From the sequence record DRR723986_21240: DNA of 37,638 nucleotides; one strand, given 5' to 3'. This document shows positions 1 through 10,186 of the stretch, one piece after another. A program made the translations under genes and the position numbers. Each line of letters opens with the position of its first letter. Position 1 is the stretch's first letter. The notes beneath the pieces were generated by a model. That model saw only the letters and a list, made by a program, of their open reading frames with translations. It was not told where the DNA came from and searched no databases.

Positions 1-1
1 T

Positions 2-481
2 TCTGGACCTTATGGTGAATTCTTCATTAACGAATCAGATTCAGAAATGCTTTACGTTGGTGGTGGTGCAGGAATGGCTCCAATGAGATCACATCTTTAT
101 GAGTTGTTTAAGACTATGAAAACTGGTCGTAAAGTAACTTATTGGTATGGTGGACGATCTAGAGCTGAATTGTTCTACATCCACTATTTCAGAGAGCTAG
201 AAGATAAGTTCCCGAACTTTAAATTCTACATGGTGTTGTCTGATGCTTTACCTGAAGATAATTGGGTGGAGAAAAAAGACATCCATGATGAAGCAGGTGA
301 TGGTTTCGTAGGATTTGTACACCAAGCAGTGATTGACCAATATTTGGTGCATCACGAAGCACCTGAAGATATTGAATTTTACTTCTGTGGTCCACCAATG
401 ATGAACGTTGCCGTTCAAAACATGTGTGACGATTGGGGCGTACCACCAGAAAATGTTCGATTTGATGACTTCGGTGGATAA
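2..481 (+). CDS. nqrF: Na+-translocating NADH:quinone reductase subunit F, C-terminal part (5' truncated by window edge)
   Basis: The frame is open from base 2 (SGPYGEFFI...). NqrF/FNR motifs [19 protein letters not shown] and YFCGPPMM are present, with the characteristic C-terminus DDFGG. Confidence 0.96.
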   Translation, partial: SGPYGEFFINESDSEMLYVGGGAGMAPMRSHLYELFKTMKTGRKVTYWYGGRSRAELFYIHYFRELEDKFPNFKFYMVLSDALPEDNWVEKKDIHDEAGDGFVGFVHQAVIDQYLVHHEAPEDIEFYFCGPPMMNVAVQNMCDDWGVPPENVRFDDFGG

Positions 482-501
482 TCAATCAATAAATAAAACT
501 C

Positions 502-534
502 AAAAGCCTTCTAGAAAACTAGAGGGCTTTTTTT
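502..534 (+). terminator. Intrinsic terminator after nqrF
   Basis: AAAAGCCTTCTAG-AAAA-CTAGAGGGCTTTTTTT hairpin followed by a T-run, 20 nt after the stop. Confidence 0.85.
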
Positions 535-588
535 ATGATTGGGCGTAGCGGATAAAAATTCCCAACTAATTTTAATCTACTACGTATA

Positions 589-596
589 TAGATTTG
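589..596 (+). promoter_or_regulatory. Candidate Bacteroidota -7 promoter element (TAGATTTG)
   Basis: Exact TAnnTTTG match 15 nt upstream of ATG 612. No clear -33 TTTG at canonical spacing. Confidence 0.45.
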
Positions 597-611
597 AACA
601 AACTTTATAAA

Positions 612-1625
612 ATGAAAAAAGTATTATTCTTTTTGAGTCTAATTGGTTCTACTGCTTTTGCTCAAACAACAATAACTTCGGTGGCAAATGGTGATTTTTA
701 TGCATTGGCCACTTGGGATTGTTTTTGCCTTCCCGCAAACGGAGATTCAGTGATTGTCAATCATAACGTAACGCTCAATTTTGGTTTAACTTATGATGAT
801 GGATCAATTACTGTAAACAGCAGTGGTGCTTTAAGTGATGGCGGAGTTGATCAAGATTTCTATCTAAATGGAGGATCTTTTATCAACCATGGTTATGTTG
901 AATTAGATGGGTTTTGGATTGATTCAGGTGCTGTTACCAATTCAGGCACCATGGTTCTTGATAGCCTATGGACACAAGACGACATGGATAACACAGGAAT
1001 GATTACTGTATTTGATTTCTTGCATGATGAATACGCTACGTTCGAAAATACAGGCACTATTACTATTACCAACAACTTCAATAATGAAGGAGATTTTTAT
1101 AATGCAATAAGTGGTATAATAACAGTTGCCAATGACGCGTCAAACTGCAACATTCAAAATGATGATGCCTATTTTGTAAATGATGGGATTTGGTGTGTAG
1201 GAAATGATTTCACGAACTGCGGTGGTACAGACACCTTGGTGGGAAACGGAACTTTGTATATAACTGGCCAAAGCTCTAATTTCGGTCATGTTGATGGCAA
1301 CTTAACGATTAACACACCAACATCTGGTTTTACTTTGAATACAGGGACTATTGGTGGTTCTGTCATTTTTGGAAATGCAAGTTGCGGTTTAGGTGCAACA
1401 GAAGCAGCACTAAATTTCAATATTTACCCTAATCCGGTAAATGTGTTAATTCAAGTATCACATTATAATGTAAATTATTCTATCGTTGATATCTCGGGTA
1501 AAATAGTACTAGACGGTTTAACTTTAGACGGCCAAATTGATGTTAGCTCGTTAAGCAGTGGGACATATTTTATTAGATTAAAACATGATCAGCAAAGTTT
1601 AATAAAACAATTCATTAAGAATTAA
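612..1625 (+). CDS. T9SS type A sorting domain protein with G8/beta-helix-like passenger
   Basis: Signal peptide MKKVLFFLSLIGSTAFA|Q (ATG 612 preferred over TTG 594). Repetitive N-x-G-x-hydrophobic strands follow. C-terminal IYPNP...DISGKIV...SGTYFIRL...FIKN is a type A CTD. Confidence 0.85.
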   Translation: MKKVLFFLSLIGSTAFAQTTITSVANGDFYALATWDCFCLPANGDSVIVNHNVTLNFGLTYDDGSITVNSSGALSDGGVDQDFYLNGGSFINHGYVELDGFWIDSGAVTNSGTMVLDSLWTQDDMDNTGMITVFDFLHDEYATFENTGTITITNNFNNEGDFYNAISGIITVANDASNCNIQNDDAYFVNDGIWCVGNDFTNCGGTDTLVGNGTLYITGQSSNFGHVDGNLTINTPTSGFTLNTGTIGGSVIFGNASCGLGATEAALNFNIYPNPVNVLIQVSHYNVNYSIVDISGKIVLDGLTLDGQIDVSSLSSGTYFIRLKHDQQSLIKQFIKN

Positions 1626-1661
1626 AAAAAAGGCCTTCAAAATTGAAGGCCTTTTTTTTTT
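1624..1661. terminator. Bidirectional intrinsic terminator between convergent T9SS cargo genes
   Basis: Perfect inverted repeat AAAAAAAAGGCCTTCAA-AA-TTGAAGGCCTTTTTTTT with an A-run on one side and a T-run on the other. Confidence 0.92.
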
Positions 1662-1675
1662 AATTGTCTTTTGCT

Positions 1676-4600
1676 TTAATGCAACACTATTTTTCTTTTA
1701 CCAATTATTACTCCATCAGATTTTATATATAACATATAAGATCCGCGAGCATAATCTTCTAAATCAACGAATATGTTTTGATTAAGATTATCTAGTTGCT
1801 GTAGGCTTAATCGTTGACCCAACATACTATACACTTCTATTTCAACCTGATCGAATCTTGAAAAATCTCCCTTAATATTCACTAAGCCATTTGACGGGTT
1901 CGGATAAACAGTAAAAGCGAATACATCTTCTTCTAATCCAACAACTCCCCAGGGATAAGGGTCAGATAAACTCGTACATCCACCTGGATAAGTAACTTCA
2001 CAGGTATACCATCCAAAAGTTGTTGGAGCAATACTTTGACTTGTTCCGCCAGGTATAATTATACCATCAATATACCATTGATATGAATCACCAGGAGGTG
2101 TGGCAGTAAACAATCCTCCAAAAGACGTAATGGTCACATCAGGAGCTGGATTAACTATTACATCAATTGTATTAGAACTGCATGAATTTTCTTGTGTTAC
2201 GATATAAGAAGTGTGGTTCTCTCCTAATCCGAAATCTGCGGCTCCGGTTAAATTTGCAATATAAACTGGAGCATTTTGTTGGATGATACTATTCGTACCC
2301 AATTGACCATCATCATTTCTACCCCAGGTCCAGGTTGAATTATCCCCTTTAATAATTGCCGTTTGATAAAAGGCAGCTTCAATATGAACAACCGCATCCA
2401 AAGTGTCCATTTTTTGAGGATTATACTCAGAAATTACGGTTCCATTACCCAACTGTCCGAAATCATTATTCCCGAATGTATAGACCTTTTGGGAAGTGGT
2501 CAGCACAATTGAGTGATCAGTTCCACCGTCCGCAGCTTTCACATTTGGAATTGTATTTAAAATTGGAGTTTGGCTAAACAAGATTCCATTAACTCCCAAT
2601 TGCCCGTGAGCATTAGAACCCCAAACTAACAATTGACCCGAACTATCTACGGCAAAAGAATGATTGTCTCCGGTATGAACTGAAGCAATTCCTGATAATC
2701 CCGGAACTTGAATTGGAACATTTGAGGTCGTTAGCGTGCCATCACCTAACTGCCCAAATGAATTATCACCCCAGCTAAACACTGTGCCATCATCTCTTAG
2801 AGCCAACATGTGATTTTCCCCTGTAGATACCATGACCATATTACTTAATCCTGCCACGGCAAACGGAAAGTTAGTCGTAGAAAAGTTGCCTTGTCCCAAT
2901 TGTCCAAAATCATTATTCCCCCATGTCATAACTGCTCCTGTACTGAGAACTGCTGCAGAAAACTCATGACCAGCAGCTACATCTATAGCGTTCGTAATAC
3001 TCGTGTTGATAGCAGTTAAAGTGGATGTAAAAGATCCGTCACCTAACTGACCTTCTGAATTTTCACCCCAAGCATATAAAGCTCCAGAATTATCTCGAGC
3101 CAGCACAAATTCTTTACCTGCTTCCAATTCAACAATGTTTAAAAGGCCTACTGCCTCAATCGCAGTCAATGAATTAATAGTTGTATTATCTCCCAATTGA
3201 CCTTCTGCATTACTTCCAAGTCCCCAAACTTCATCAACCCCACCTAAAGTTACCTCAACATGGTAGGTTCCGGCGTCATAAGCTTGGTAATAAATATCAT
3301 TTTCTCCAGCTAACGCAGATCCATCCCAATACCATTGATTCCATGTCTGATAAGAACTTTCAAGAACTACAGAGTCACCTTCACAAATAGTTGTTGAGGA
3401 CAAAGCACTTATCACTGGGTTATCCATGACAACAAAAAGTTGAGATGTTGGCGCATACTGCAGACAACCTGTTGAGGCCAAGAAACCTTGTAAACTTACC
3501 ACTTGCCCATTCGTTAATGTTGTCGTTGAATAGGTATTTGTTGCTGAAGGACCTTGCACTGAATTACCATCAACAAAGAACTCGTATGTATCTGCACCTA
3601 CTCCCGTAAAATCAACTTGATCACCAACACATATAATATTTCCAGGCAAGGCTGTCAATTCTATTGGCATAACATCAACACCCATAGTAATAACTGTAGC
3701 AGACAATGCCGCACAATCCCCATCATATCCTAAAACGGTAATAACATCTCCATTATTCAATTCATCCGAACTGAATAAATTTTGTGTACTTGCAGGATCC
3801 TGAGAGATTCCGTTAATGAAAAACTCATATTGGATTGCTGAACCGGCTGTGAAATCCACCTGATCTCCAAAACAAATTTGATTTGAGGGAACAGATGAAG
3901 TTAAGGTTGTATTCGGATATTGATTCACGGTAAAGGTTAACGCGTTTGAATTAGATATACAACCTTGATTACCGCCTTCTACAGTAATCACATCTCCGTT
4001 ATTAATGGTTGTGGTAATCAAAGAATCTTGGGTGGTAGGACCTTGAACTGAAGTTCCGTTTACAAAAAATTCAAAATCAAAAGCGCCCAAACCAGTGAAA
4101 ACGACTTGATCTCCTTGACAAATCGTTTGATCTATATCATCAGAAATAATTGAAGTTACCGGATAACTATACACTGAATAAGGTATAGAGTTACCATAGG
4201 CTGCACAGATATTATCTGATCCATAAACCTGAACAATTTGGCCATTTGTCAAGGAGTCAGTCACATAAGTAGGTCCTGTGCTCGCTAAATTCCCGTTAAC
4301 ATAATACTGATAAACAGATGCACCAGAAGCGTTAAAAGTCACCGTATCTCCGATACAAATACTACTATCCGGCTCACTAGATATCATAGAAACTACGGGG
4401 TTTGGAATTACGGTAAATGTGTAAAGATCTGAAGATGTGTTAAAACACCCATTCACTCCAACCCCTTGAATGGTAATTTGATCGCCATCAACAAGCGAAT
4501 TTGTATTAAATGTTGAGTTTGAAGTTGGAGGACCTTGAGATACTCCATTAATCATAAACTCATAAGTACCAGAACCAGTACCCGTGATGGTAATACTTTC

Positions 4601-7600
4601 ACCATCACAAATAGTTGTATCAGGATCTGATATGGCGACATCAATAATTGGCAACGGATTCACTACTAATGTAAATGCGTTTGAAGGTGCCGAGCATCCA
4701 GTGTTATAGCCTTCAACATATATATTCAGAGTCCCAACAAAAGAATTAGAAGTTAATATATTGGTTGGAGAAGGTGGCCCTTGAGAAACGCCATCAATGA
4801 AAAACTCATAATTATTTGCTCCAGAAGCCGTATAAGTTATTGTCTCACCCTCACAAATAATGTTATTGACATCAGAGCTTGACAAGGCAGTTGGTGGAAT
4901 TGGATCTACAGTAATTGTAAATGAACTGATACTTGTATTAGAACAACCACCTGAATAGCCAATTAAATCTATAACATCTCCTGAGTTTAACCCATCACTA
5001 AATAAAGTGTCCACAGCCGTAACTCCTTGAGAGATTGAATTAATTAGAAACTCATAAGTCGTACCACCAGTTGCCGTAAAAGTAATTGAGTCTCCATCAC
5101 AAATAATGTTATTCGCATCTGAACTCGTCATGTCAATTGTCGGAACAACATTCACATTAATTGTAATCGTGTCATTGGCGAAATAGGTACATCCATTTTT
5201 AGTTCCACTTAAAGAAACTTGAGGAGAACCAACTGGTAAATTTGAAACCGGAAAAGTTCCAGTTCCGTTAATTGTATGTGAAGCTCCATCAACAAAAAGT
5301 TCATAGCTTGTAATACCAGTACCTGTCCCAGTAAAGTTAATGGTTTCTCCAAAACAAATAGCGTTATCAGGATCAGAATCAAATAAATTCACATTGAATT
5401 GAGGGATGACTGTCATTGGATATTCTGTTGCACTGAAATCGTTACATCCACCTGCAATAAAACCTCTCACTTTTACTACATCCCCATTCGCAAGATTAGG
5501 GAAAACATGAACTGGATTAGTTGTTGCACCTGCTACCGGAACACCGTTTAAATAATATTGATACTGGATTGCTCCTCCGGCTGTAAATGTCACCGTATCT
5601 CCTTGACAAATAGTACTATCCGGATCATCTGCGGTTAAAGTTACTACCGGTAGAGGATTCACTGTAAACGTCTGAACTATTGAAGTCTGCGAACAGTTAT
5701 TTGAGGTTCCAACCACCGAAACTTGATCTCCTGAAACCAAAGCCCCATTCGAATAATTAGGGTTTCCAGAAGGACCTTGAACGTTGGTTCCATTCAGTAA
5801 AAACTCATACGTTGTTGCATTATAACCAGTAAATGAAACTGTGGTTCCCTCGCAAATTGAGGTACCTGTATTATTCAGTAATATCGTATTTGGAATTGCA
5901 TTCACAAAATAGGTAAAACTCTGAGGGGCTGTATTTGGACAAGCAAGTGTATATCCAACGACAGTCACATTATCCAAGTTATTCAAGGTAGTAGTATTAT
6001 AAACATTTGCTCCTCCTGGTCCTTGAACCGAGACACCGTTAACAAAAAACTCGTAGTTAGTGGCATTTGAAGCTGTGAATGAAACCGCATCTCCAGCACA
6101 TATTACTTGATCTGCATCCGAAGTTACCATTGTAGGATTAGGAAGCGGATTCACCGTCATGGTGTAGGTTTCTGGTGCTTGATATGAGCAAGTCGTACTT
6201 GTATCTACTCCCATTGCAGTAACTGTTTGACCATTTACCAACGTAGATGTCGTATAAACATTAGTTGTAGTTAATTGAGAAACCGGGGTTCCGTCAATAA
6301 AAAACTGATACTTTTCTGCCCCTGTGGCAGTAAAGGTCACTGCATCCCCATCACATATAATGTCATCTGCATCAGATGAAGAGAGACTCGTGCCCGGTAA
6401 GTTATCTACTGTAAATGTATAGACGTTAGCTGAAGTATCTGGGCAACCATTGGCATTAATAATACAGGTAACGATATCTCCATTGTTTAGTCCGGTAGTA
6501 GCATAAATTGGAGATGGTGAATTTTGGACAGACCCATTATTCACTTGAAAATCATAAGTTACCGTTCCTCCTCCCGCATAGGTTGAACCATTGAAACTAA
6601 CTAAATCACCATCACAAATTGTAGTATCACTAGCACTCGTTATAACAATTAAATTAGGATCGTTAATTCTGACAGAATCAAGTAAAGTATCTGAACAAAA
6701 GTTGGTGTAAGTTGAAGTCAAGTAAACATAATGCACACCATCATTGACATACGTATATGTTGGATGAACCATTGATGATGTGTCACCACTTAACGTATCA
6801 TCTCCAAAATCCCATTCAAAGGTTAGAGCGCCTATTCCACCAGCATAGGCCGTTGATGTATTGGTAAAAGTAACAGGGTCTCCAAAACAATAATCATACG
6901 GAACAGTAAAATTGGCCGTAGTGGGCAAAGTCGGATCAAATGTCCAACCACCATTATTTCCATAATCACTACTAAAATAAGCAGTTAGAGGTGTAGTATT
7001 CGTAATATTGATTCCTGTTGGATTTGTACATTCTGCCTGTCCAGGGTTTGCCAAATTAAAAGTCGTTGCATTGATGAGTGACGAAGATTCAATAAAAATA
7101 CTATCTAAACAGGTCCCAATTGCCGTAAAATTCCCTGTAATTGTTTGAGTTTCATTAGAGTCAACTAATACTCCAAGGCCGGCATTAAAAACTAAATCGT
7201 TAAAAGTATTGCTACCACTGAACAAAGTATACGGTTGAGTAGACCCGGAGTAAATAATTAAATCGTTAAAAGTTTGATCATCTCCAAAAAAGTAGTCGAT
7301 TCCAGTACTCCCTAGAACGGTGATTTCTGAATTGCCAGGTACAACATTAAGCATATTCGATAACAACGAATAATCATTAAAAATAGCTCCGTACCTCAAT
7401 TGAAGCACACTATTATTCAACAGGACTGTTTTGGATTGATCTCCTGTAGTGATAAATTCACCAGCAAAAATGGTGTCTGAGTTCGTATCAAATGTTCCCG
7501 CACCAAAATTCAACGTAGATGGATCGTCCATTCTTAAATTCCCGTTCAGGTTAATCGTATCCGTTGCCAAAAACCCTGTAGCGAAAACATTCGCATGAAC

Positions 7601-9880
7601 AGGTCTATCAAAAGTTACAAACTCAGAATTATTAATGTGAGGGATAAAACGAATTTGAGCAATCGAATCGGTATTGGAGATGCTCATTGTATTATTTAAT
7701 ATCAGATCCTCTCTTATATTGACACTGCTTTCCAGGTTAAATATTGGAGAGTTTATTTCCGAACCGGTCCAGTCCATCCTGTAACAGTAACCCATTAAAT
7801 CAACGTTGACTGTTTGACCAGCTGCTGAAAACGATCCTCCATTAAATCGAACTGTATCTCTAATTGTCGGAAGACATGTCGCGGGCACAGTTAAAGGAGA
7901 TTCCCAATGAGATAAATCAGACCAGTCTCCAGAACCACCAACCCAGTAAAAATCTGCGCCACCGGGAGCTGTTGTTGTATCCCAACCTGTTGTCACAAAA
8001 CCTAGTATGGAGTTTTGAGCCAGGTTATAATGTAAAAGTGAATTGTCTGCCGTTACATTGAAAATATTACAGTAATCTACAATCAATGTATCGAATAAAC
8101 CAGTTTTGGTAATATTTGCTGGTGGGCTAGTGTTATTCGAGGACTGAAAAGTAATAGGTAATGCACAATTTCCAATTGCAATTAAAGAGTCTATTTGCTG
8201 ATCTGTGTCATTTTCTAAGGTTAATGTAATCCCTGGTTGCAGTTCTACTAGGTTAAAAAAGTTATCGTTTAATATTTCACTATGCGGATTATAAAATCTT
8301 ACGGCATTATATTGTTGACCTCCACATTGCAAACTCGATAAAGCAGAATTTGTGTGATTGACGTGGACTTCTGAATTTAAAGAAGTAAAGGTCAAGCTAG
8401 TTGGTTCCAAACTCCAAACCATACCTGTTTCAGTCAACGTAATTTGAGATGATGATATATCCAAATTTCTGACAGAAACTTCATCTGATAAAAGACCACC
8501 TATTGTCATATCATTCAGATTTGAAGTAAAGGATCCCGAGTCCAAATGAACGAATGCAGTAGATAGCAAATCATCCGTTAATGACCATGAACCGGTATTC
8601 CTGTTAAATCGGATATCCCCGTTTAAGGTTACTCCATTTGTTGTGATTGTTTCTGCGCCTACAGAGGCGAACTCTATCTCACCTGTATAGCTAGAGGTCA
8701 TCCCAGCGTCAAGAACCATAGAGCCCCTTAAAGTTAGTGGCACAGACCCTGCTAGATCTGGCGTGCCTAAAACCCCAGTCCAGGTCATGTTATTACAATA
8801 AGCATGTAAATCAACTGTTGTAATGAATCCAGAACCCGAAGCGTTGTCGAAAAACACATTATCATTCGGTCCTGGGATACATAAATCTGGAGCAGCCCCA
8901 GAAGCCGTTGCCCAATGATTCGGATCGTTCCAATTTCCTGTCCCTCCTACCCAGTAATAATCAATATTTGAGGGGTTTTCATTTACGGTCCAGCCCGAAT
9001 TATTACCTTGATCAATAGAATTTGTTGCCGAATATGTCCCGTTGGTTCCATTTATTGAAGAGAGTACAAGACCCGTTGCATTAACGACTTGCCCTTGCAA
9101 ATCAATGTATGCCTGATTACCAGTTGAAGAACTCAGGTATATTTTATTCCCACAATCTCCAGGTAACGTCAGTTTATAACAGTCTAGATTCGAACCTGGA
9201 CCATCTGCCAATAAAATGTTTGAGCCTGCGACAAAGTTAATTGTGTCAACCTTGGTTTGTCCAATCGTTTGAAAATTAGCCGTATTAACATTAATTTCAG
9301 CGTATTGAACGTTGGCTCCTCCTGCTGTAAAGTTCACGAAATTAGCCCCTGGATAGTTGAAATTAAAAACAGCATTCGTAAAATCCTCAATAAGATTGAA
9401 AGAATTCACAGCCATTGCCGTTCCATCACCTGTTATATTAATAGTACTATTCGCAAAGTTCATGGTACGATTACCAAAAAAGCTCGCAAATGCCAAATCA
9501 ATATTGTAGGCTGTCAGGGTATTTCCATTCAAATGAACTTGTCCGTATGTTACATCAAACAAACCTGAGCAAGTCCAATTATTATTTGCATATATAACAC
9601 CTGCAGCGTTCAATAAATTCGCGTTATTACATAAAGCAGCTATATCAAGAAATACGGTGTCTCCAACATTAAATGAAAAACCATCAAAATAAACATCATC
9701 AGCTAAACTCGGAATAGATGTATGAAATGTTCCACCGTTTGAAGTCGTGGCCCAGTGATTCGAAAAATCTGACCAATTACCTGTTCCTCCTACCCAGTAA
9801 TAATCCGCCGCATAACTTTTCCCTCCTTGAAAAAAGAGCAATAATAAGATTAATTTCAACGTAGTGTAAGTCAGTTTCAT
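1676..9880 (-). CDS. Giant T9SS type A cargo (2734 aa): 3 YWVGG repeats, PKD domain, 14 Ig-like repeats, RCC1 propeller, CTD; putative adhesin
   Basis: Signal peptide MKLTYTTLKLILLLLFFQGGKSYA. Start 9880 is preferred because a consensus promoter lies at 9930-9960. PKD motif FEWDFGD; RCC1 motif WGxNxxGQLG x7; CTD VYPNPSNG...YSMLGQ...RGSYMLYI...KIVLH. Confidence 0.9.
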   Translation of the reverse strand: MKLTYTTLKLILLLLFFQGGKSYAADYYWVGGTGNWSDFSNHWATTSNGGTFHTSIPSLADDVYFDGFSFNVGDTVFLDIAALCNNANLLNAAGVIYANNNWTCSGLFDVTYGQVHLNGNTLTAYNIDLAFASFFGNRTMNFANSTINITGDGTAMAVNSFNLIEDFTNAVFNFNYPGANFVNFTAGGANVQYAEINVNTANFQTIGQTKVDTINFVAGSNILLADGPGSNLDCYKLTLPGDCGNKIYLSSSTGNQAYIDLQGQVVNATGLVLSSINGTNGTYSATNSIDQGNNSGWTVNENPSNIDYYWVGGTGNWNDPNHWATASGAAPDLCIPGPNDNVFFDNASGSGFITTVDLHAYCNNMTWTGVLGTPDLAGSVPLTLRGSMVLDAGMTSSYTGEIEFASVGAETITTNGVTLNGDIRFNRNTGSWSLTDDLLSTAFVHLDSGSFTSNLNDMTIGGLLSDEVSVRNLDISSSQITLTETGMVWSLEPTSLTFTSLNSEVHVNHTNSALSSLQCGGQQYNAVRFYNPHSEILNDNFFNLVELQPGITLTLENDTDQQIDSLIAIGNCALPITFQSSNNTSPPANITKTGLFDTLIVDYCNIFNVTADNSLLHYNLAQNSILGFVTTGWDTTTAPGGADFYWVGGSGDWSDLSHWESPLTVPATCLPTIRDTVRFNGGSFSAAGQTVNVDLMGYCYRMDWTGSEINSPIFNLESSVNIREDLILNNTMSISNTDSIAQIRFIPHINNSEFVTFDRPVHANVFATGFLATDTINLNGNLRMDDPSTLNFGAGTFDTNSDTIFAGEFITTGDQSKTVLLNNSVLQLRYGAIFNDYSLLSNMLNVVPGNSEITVLGSTGIDYFFGDDQTFNDLIIYSGSTQPYTLFSGSNTFNDLVFNAGLGVLVDSNETQTITGNFTAIGTCLDSIFIESSSLINATTFNLANPGQAECTNPTGINITNTTPLTAYFSSDYGNNGGWTFDPTLPTTANFTVPYDYCFGDPVTFTNTSTAYAGGIGALTFEWDFGDDTLSGDTSSMVHPTYTYVNDGVHYVYLTSTYTNFCSDTLLDSVRINDPNLIVITSASDTTICDGDLVSFNGSTYAGGGTVTYDFQVNNGSVQNSPSPIYATTGLNNGDIVTCIINANGCPDTSANVYTFTVDNLPGTSLSSSDADDIICDGDAVTFTATGAEKYQFFIDGTPVSQLTTTNVYTTSTLVNGQTVTAMGVDTSTTCSYQAPETYTMTVNPLPNPTMVTSDADQVICAGDAVSFTASNATNYEFFVNGVSVQGPGGANVYNTTTLNNLDNVTVVGYTLACPNTAPQSFTYFVNAIPNTILLNNTGTSICEGTTVSFTGYNATTYEFLLNGTNVQGPSGNPNYSNGALVSGDQVSVVGTSNNCSQTSIVQTFTVNPLPVVTLTADDPDSTICQGDTVTFTAGGAIQYQYYLNGVPVAGATTNPVHVFPNLANGDVVKVRGFIAGGCNDFSATEYPMTVIPQFNVNLFDSDPDNAICFGETINFTGTGTGITSYELFVDGASHTINGTGTFPVSNLPVGSPQVSLSGTKNGCTYFANDTITINVNVVPTIDMTSSDANNIICDGDSITFTATGGTTYEFLINSISQGVTAVDTLFSDGLNSGDVIDLIGYSGGCSNTSISSFTITVDPIPPTALSSSDVNNIICEGETITYTASGANNYEFFIDGVSQGPPSPTNILTSNSFVGTLNIYVEGYNTGCSAPSNAFTLVVNPLPIIDVAISDPDTTICDGESITITGTGSGTYEFMINGVSQGPPTSNSTFNTNSLVDGDQITIQGVGVNGCFNTSSDLYTFTVIPNPVVSMISSEPDSSICIGDTVTFNASGASVYQYYVNGNLASTGPTYVTDSLTNGQIVQVYGSDNICAAYGNSIPYSVYSYPVTSIISDDIDQTICQGDQVVFTGLGAFDFEFFVNGTSVQGPTTQDSLITTTINNGDVITVEGGNQGCISNSNALTFTVNQYPNTTLTSSVPSNQICFGDQVDFTAGSAIQYEFFINGISQDPASTQNLFSSDELNNGDVITVLGYDGDCAALSATVITMGVDVMPIELTALPGNIICVGDQVDFTGVGADTYEFFVDGNSVQGPSATNTYSTTTLTNGQVVSLQGFLASTGCLQYAPTSQLFVVMDNPVISALSSTTICEGDSVVLESSYQTWNQWYWDGSALAGENDIYYQAYDAGTYHVEVTLGGVDEVWGLGSNAEGQLGDNTTINSLTAIEAVGLLNIVELEAGKEFVLARDNSGALYAWGENSEGQLGDGSFTSTLTAINTSITNAIDVAAGHEFSAAVLSTGAVMTWGNNDFGQLGQGNFSTTNFPFAVAGLSNMVMVSTGENHMLALRDDGTVFSWGDNSFGQLGDGTLTTSNVPIQVPGLSGIASVHTGDNHSFAVDSSGQLLVWGSNAHGQLGVNGILFSQTPILNTIPNVKAADGGTDHSIVLTTSQKVYTFGNNDFGQLGNGTVISEYNPQKMDTLDAVVHIEAAFYQTAIIKGDNSTWTWGRNDDGQLGTNSIIQQNAPVYIANLTGAADFGLGENHTSYIVTQENSCSSNTIDVIVNPAPDVTITSFGGLFTATPPGDSYQWYIDGIIIPGGTSQSIAPTTFGWYTCEVTYPGGCTSLSDPYPWGVVGLEEDVFAFTVYPNPSNGLVNIKGDFSRFDQVEIEVYSMLGQRLSLQQLDNLNQNIFVDLEDYARGSYMLYIKSDGVIIGKRKIVLH
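2150..6661 (-). repeat. Array of 14 Ig-like ~80-85 aa repeats (14th interrupted by RCC1 propeller)
   Basis: Consensus P...SSD...ICxG(D/E)xVxFTA...YEFFxNGxSxQGP...L.NGD.(V/I)...GC...TVN, counted 14 times. Confidence 0.85.
2192..3238 (-). repeat. Seven RCC1-like repeats (~50 aa each; predicted 7-blade beta-propeller)
   Basis: Seven units matching (W/F/L)GxNxxGQLG...G(xx)H, counted in the translation. Confidence 0.9.
6935..9808 (-). repeat. Three long (~280-340 aa) N-terminal repeats starting D(Y/F)YWVGG(T/S)G(N/D)W(S/N)D..HW
   Basis: The motif recurs at ~9805, ~8962 and ~7954. Each unit has P...DxVxF, a central Cys and ends near GW. Confidence 0.8.
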
Positions 9881-9929
9881 TCTAACAAATTGAGAATAGA
9901 AAATATCCCGTAGGATTCTCAAATTCAAA

Positions 9930-9960
9930 CAAATATAAGACACTCAATATTGCTTTCAAA
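9930..9960 (-). promoter_or_regulatory. Bacteroidota primary-sigma promoter for the giant T9SS gene
   Basis: The minus strand reads TTTG (9960-9957), 19 nt, TATATTTG (9937-9930): an exact -33/-7 consensus at canonical spacing. Confidence 0.8.
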
Positions 9961-10140
9961 ACAAATTAACTCTTTGATGGATTAAGGGAATTAAACTCTA
10001 ACTACTCTCGGTCCGTCTTAAACGTTTAGATTGGAAAGCAATAGGACGACATTGTTCTAAAACGATTTAAGGAATCTGATTTTTCAAAAATAATCTGAAC
10101 GAAATAGAAATAAAAAGTGTGGAAATTCACAACTAAAAAG

Positions 10141-10171
10141 TTGACTGTTAAAGCGAAACGAATTATCTTGC
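10141..10171 (+). promoter_or_regulatory. Candidate promoter for the SprB-like operon
   Basis: TTG (10141-10143), 20 nt, TATCTTGC (10164-10171). This is a variant -7 element 15 nt upstream of ATG 10187. Confidence 0.5.
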
Positions 10172-10186
10172 GAGATTATTGATGAA

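Noticed and set aside
9881-9943. ORF-track N-terminal extensions (also starts at 594, 10674, 31681, 33910, 33963)
   Set aside because: Downstream starts give clean signal peptides or sit better relative to promoter motifs, several of which lie inside the extensions.
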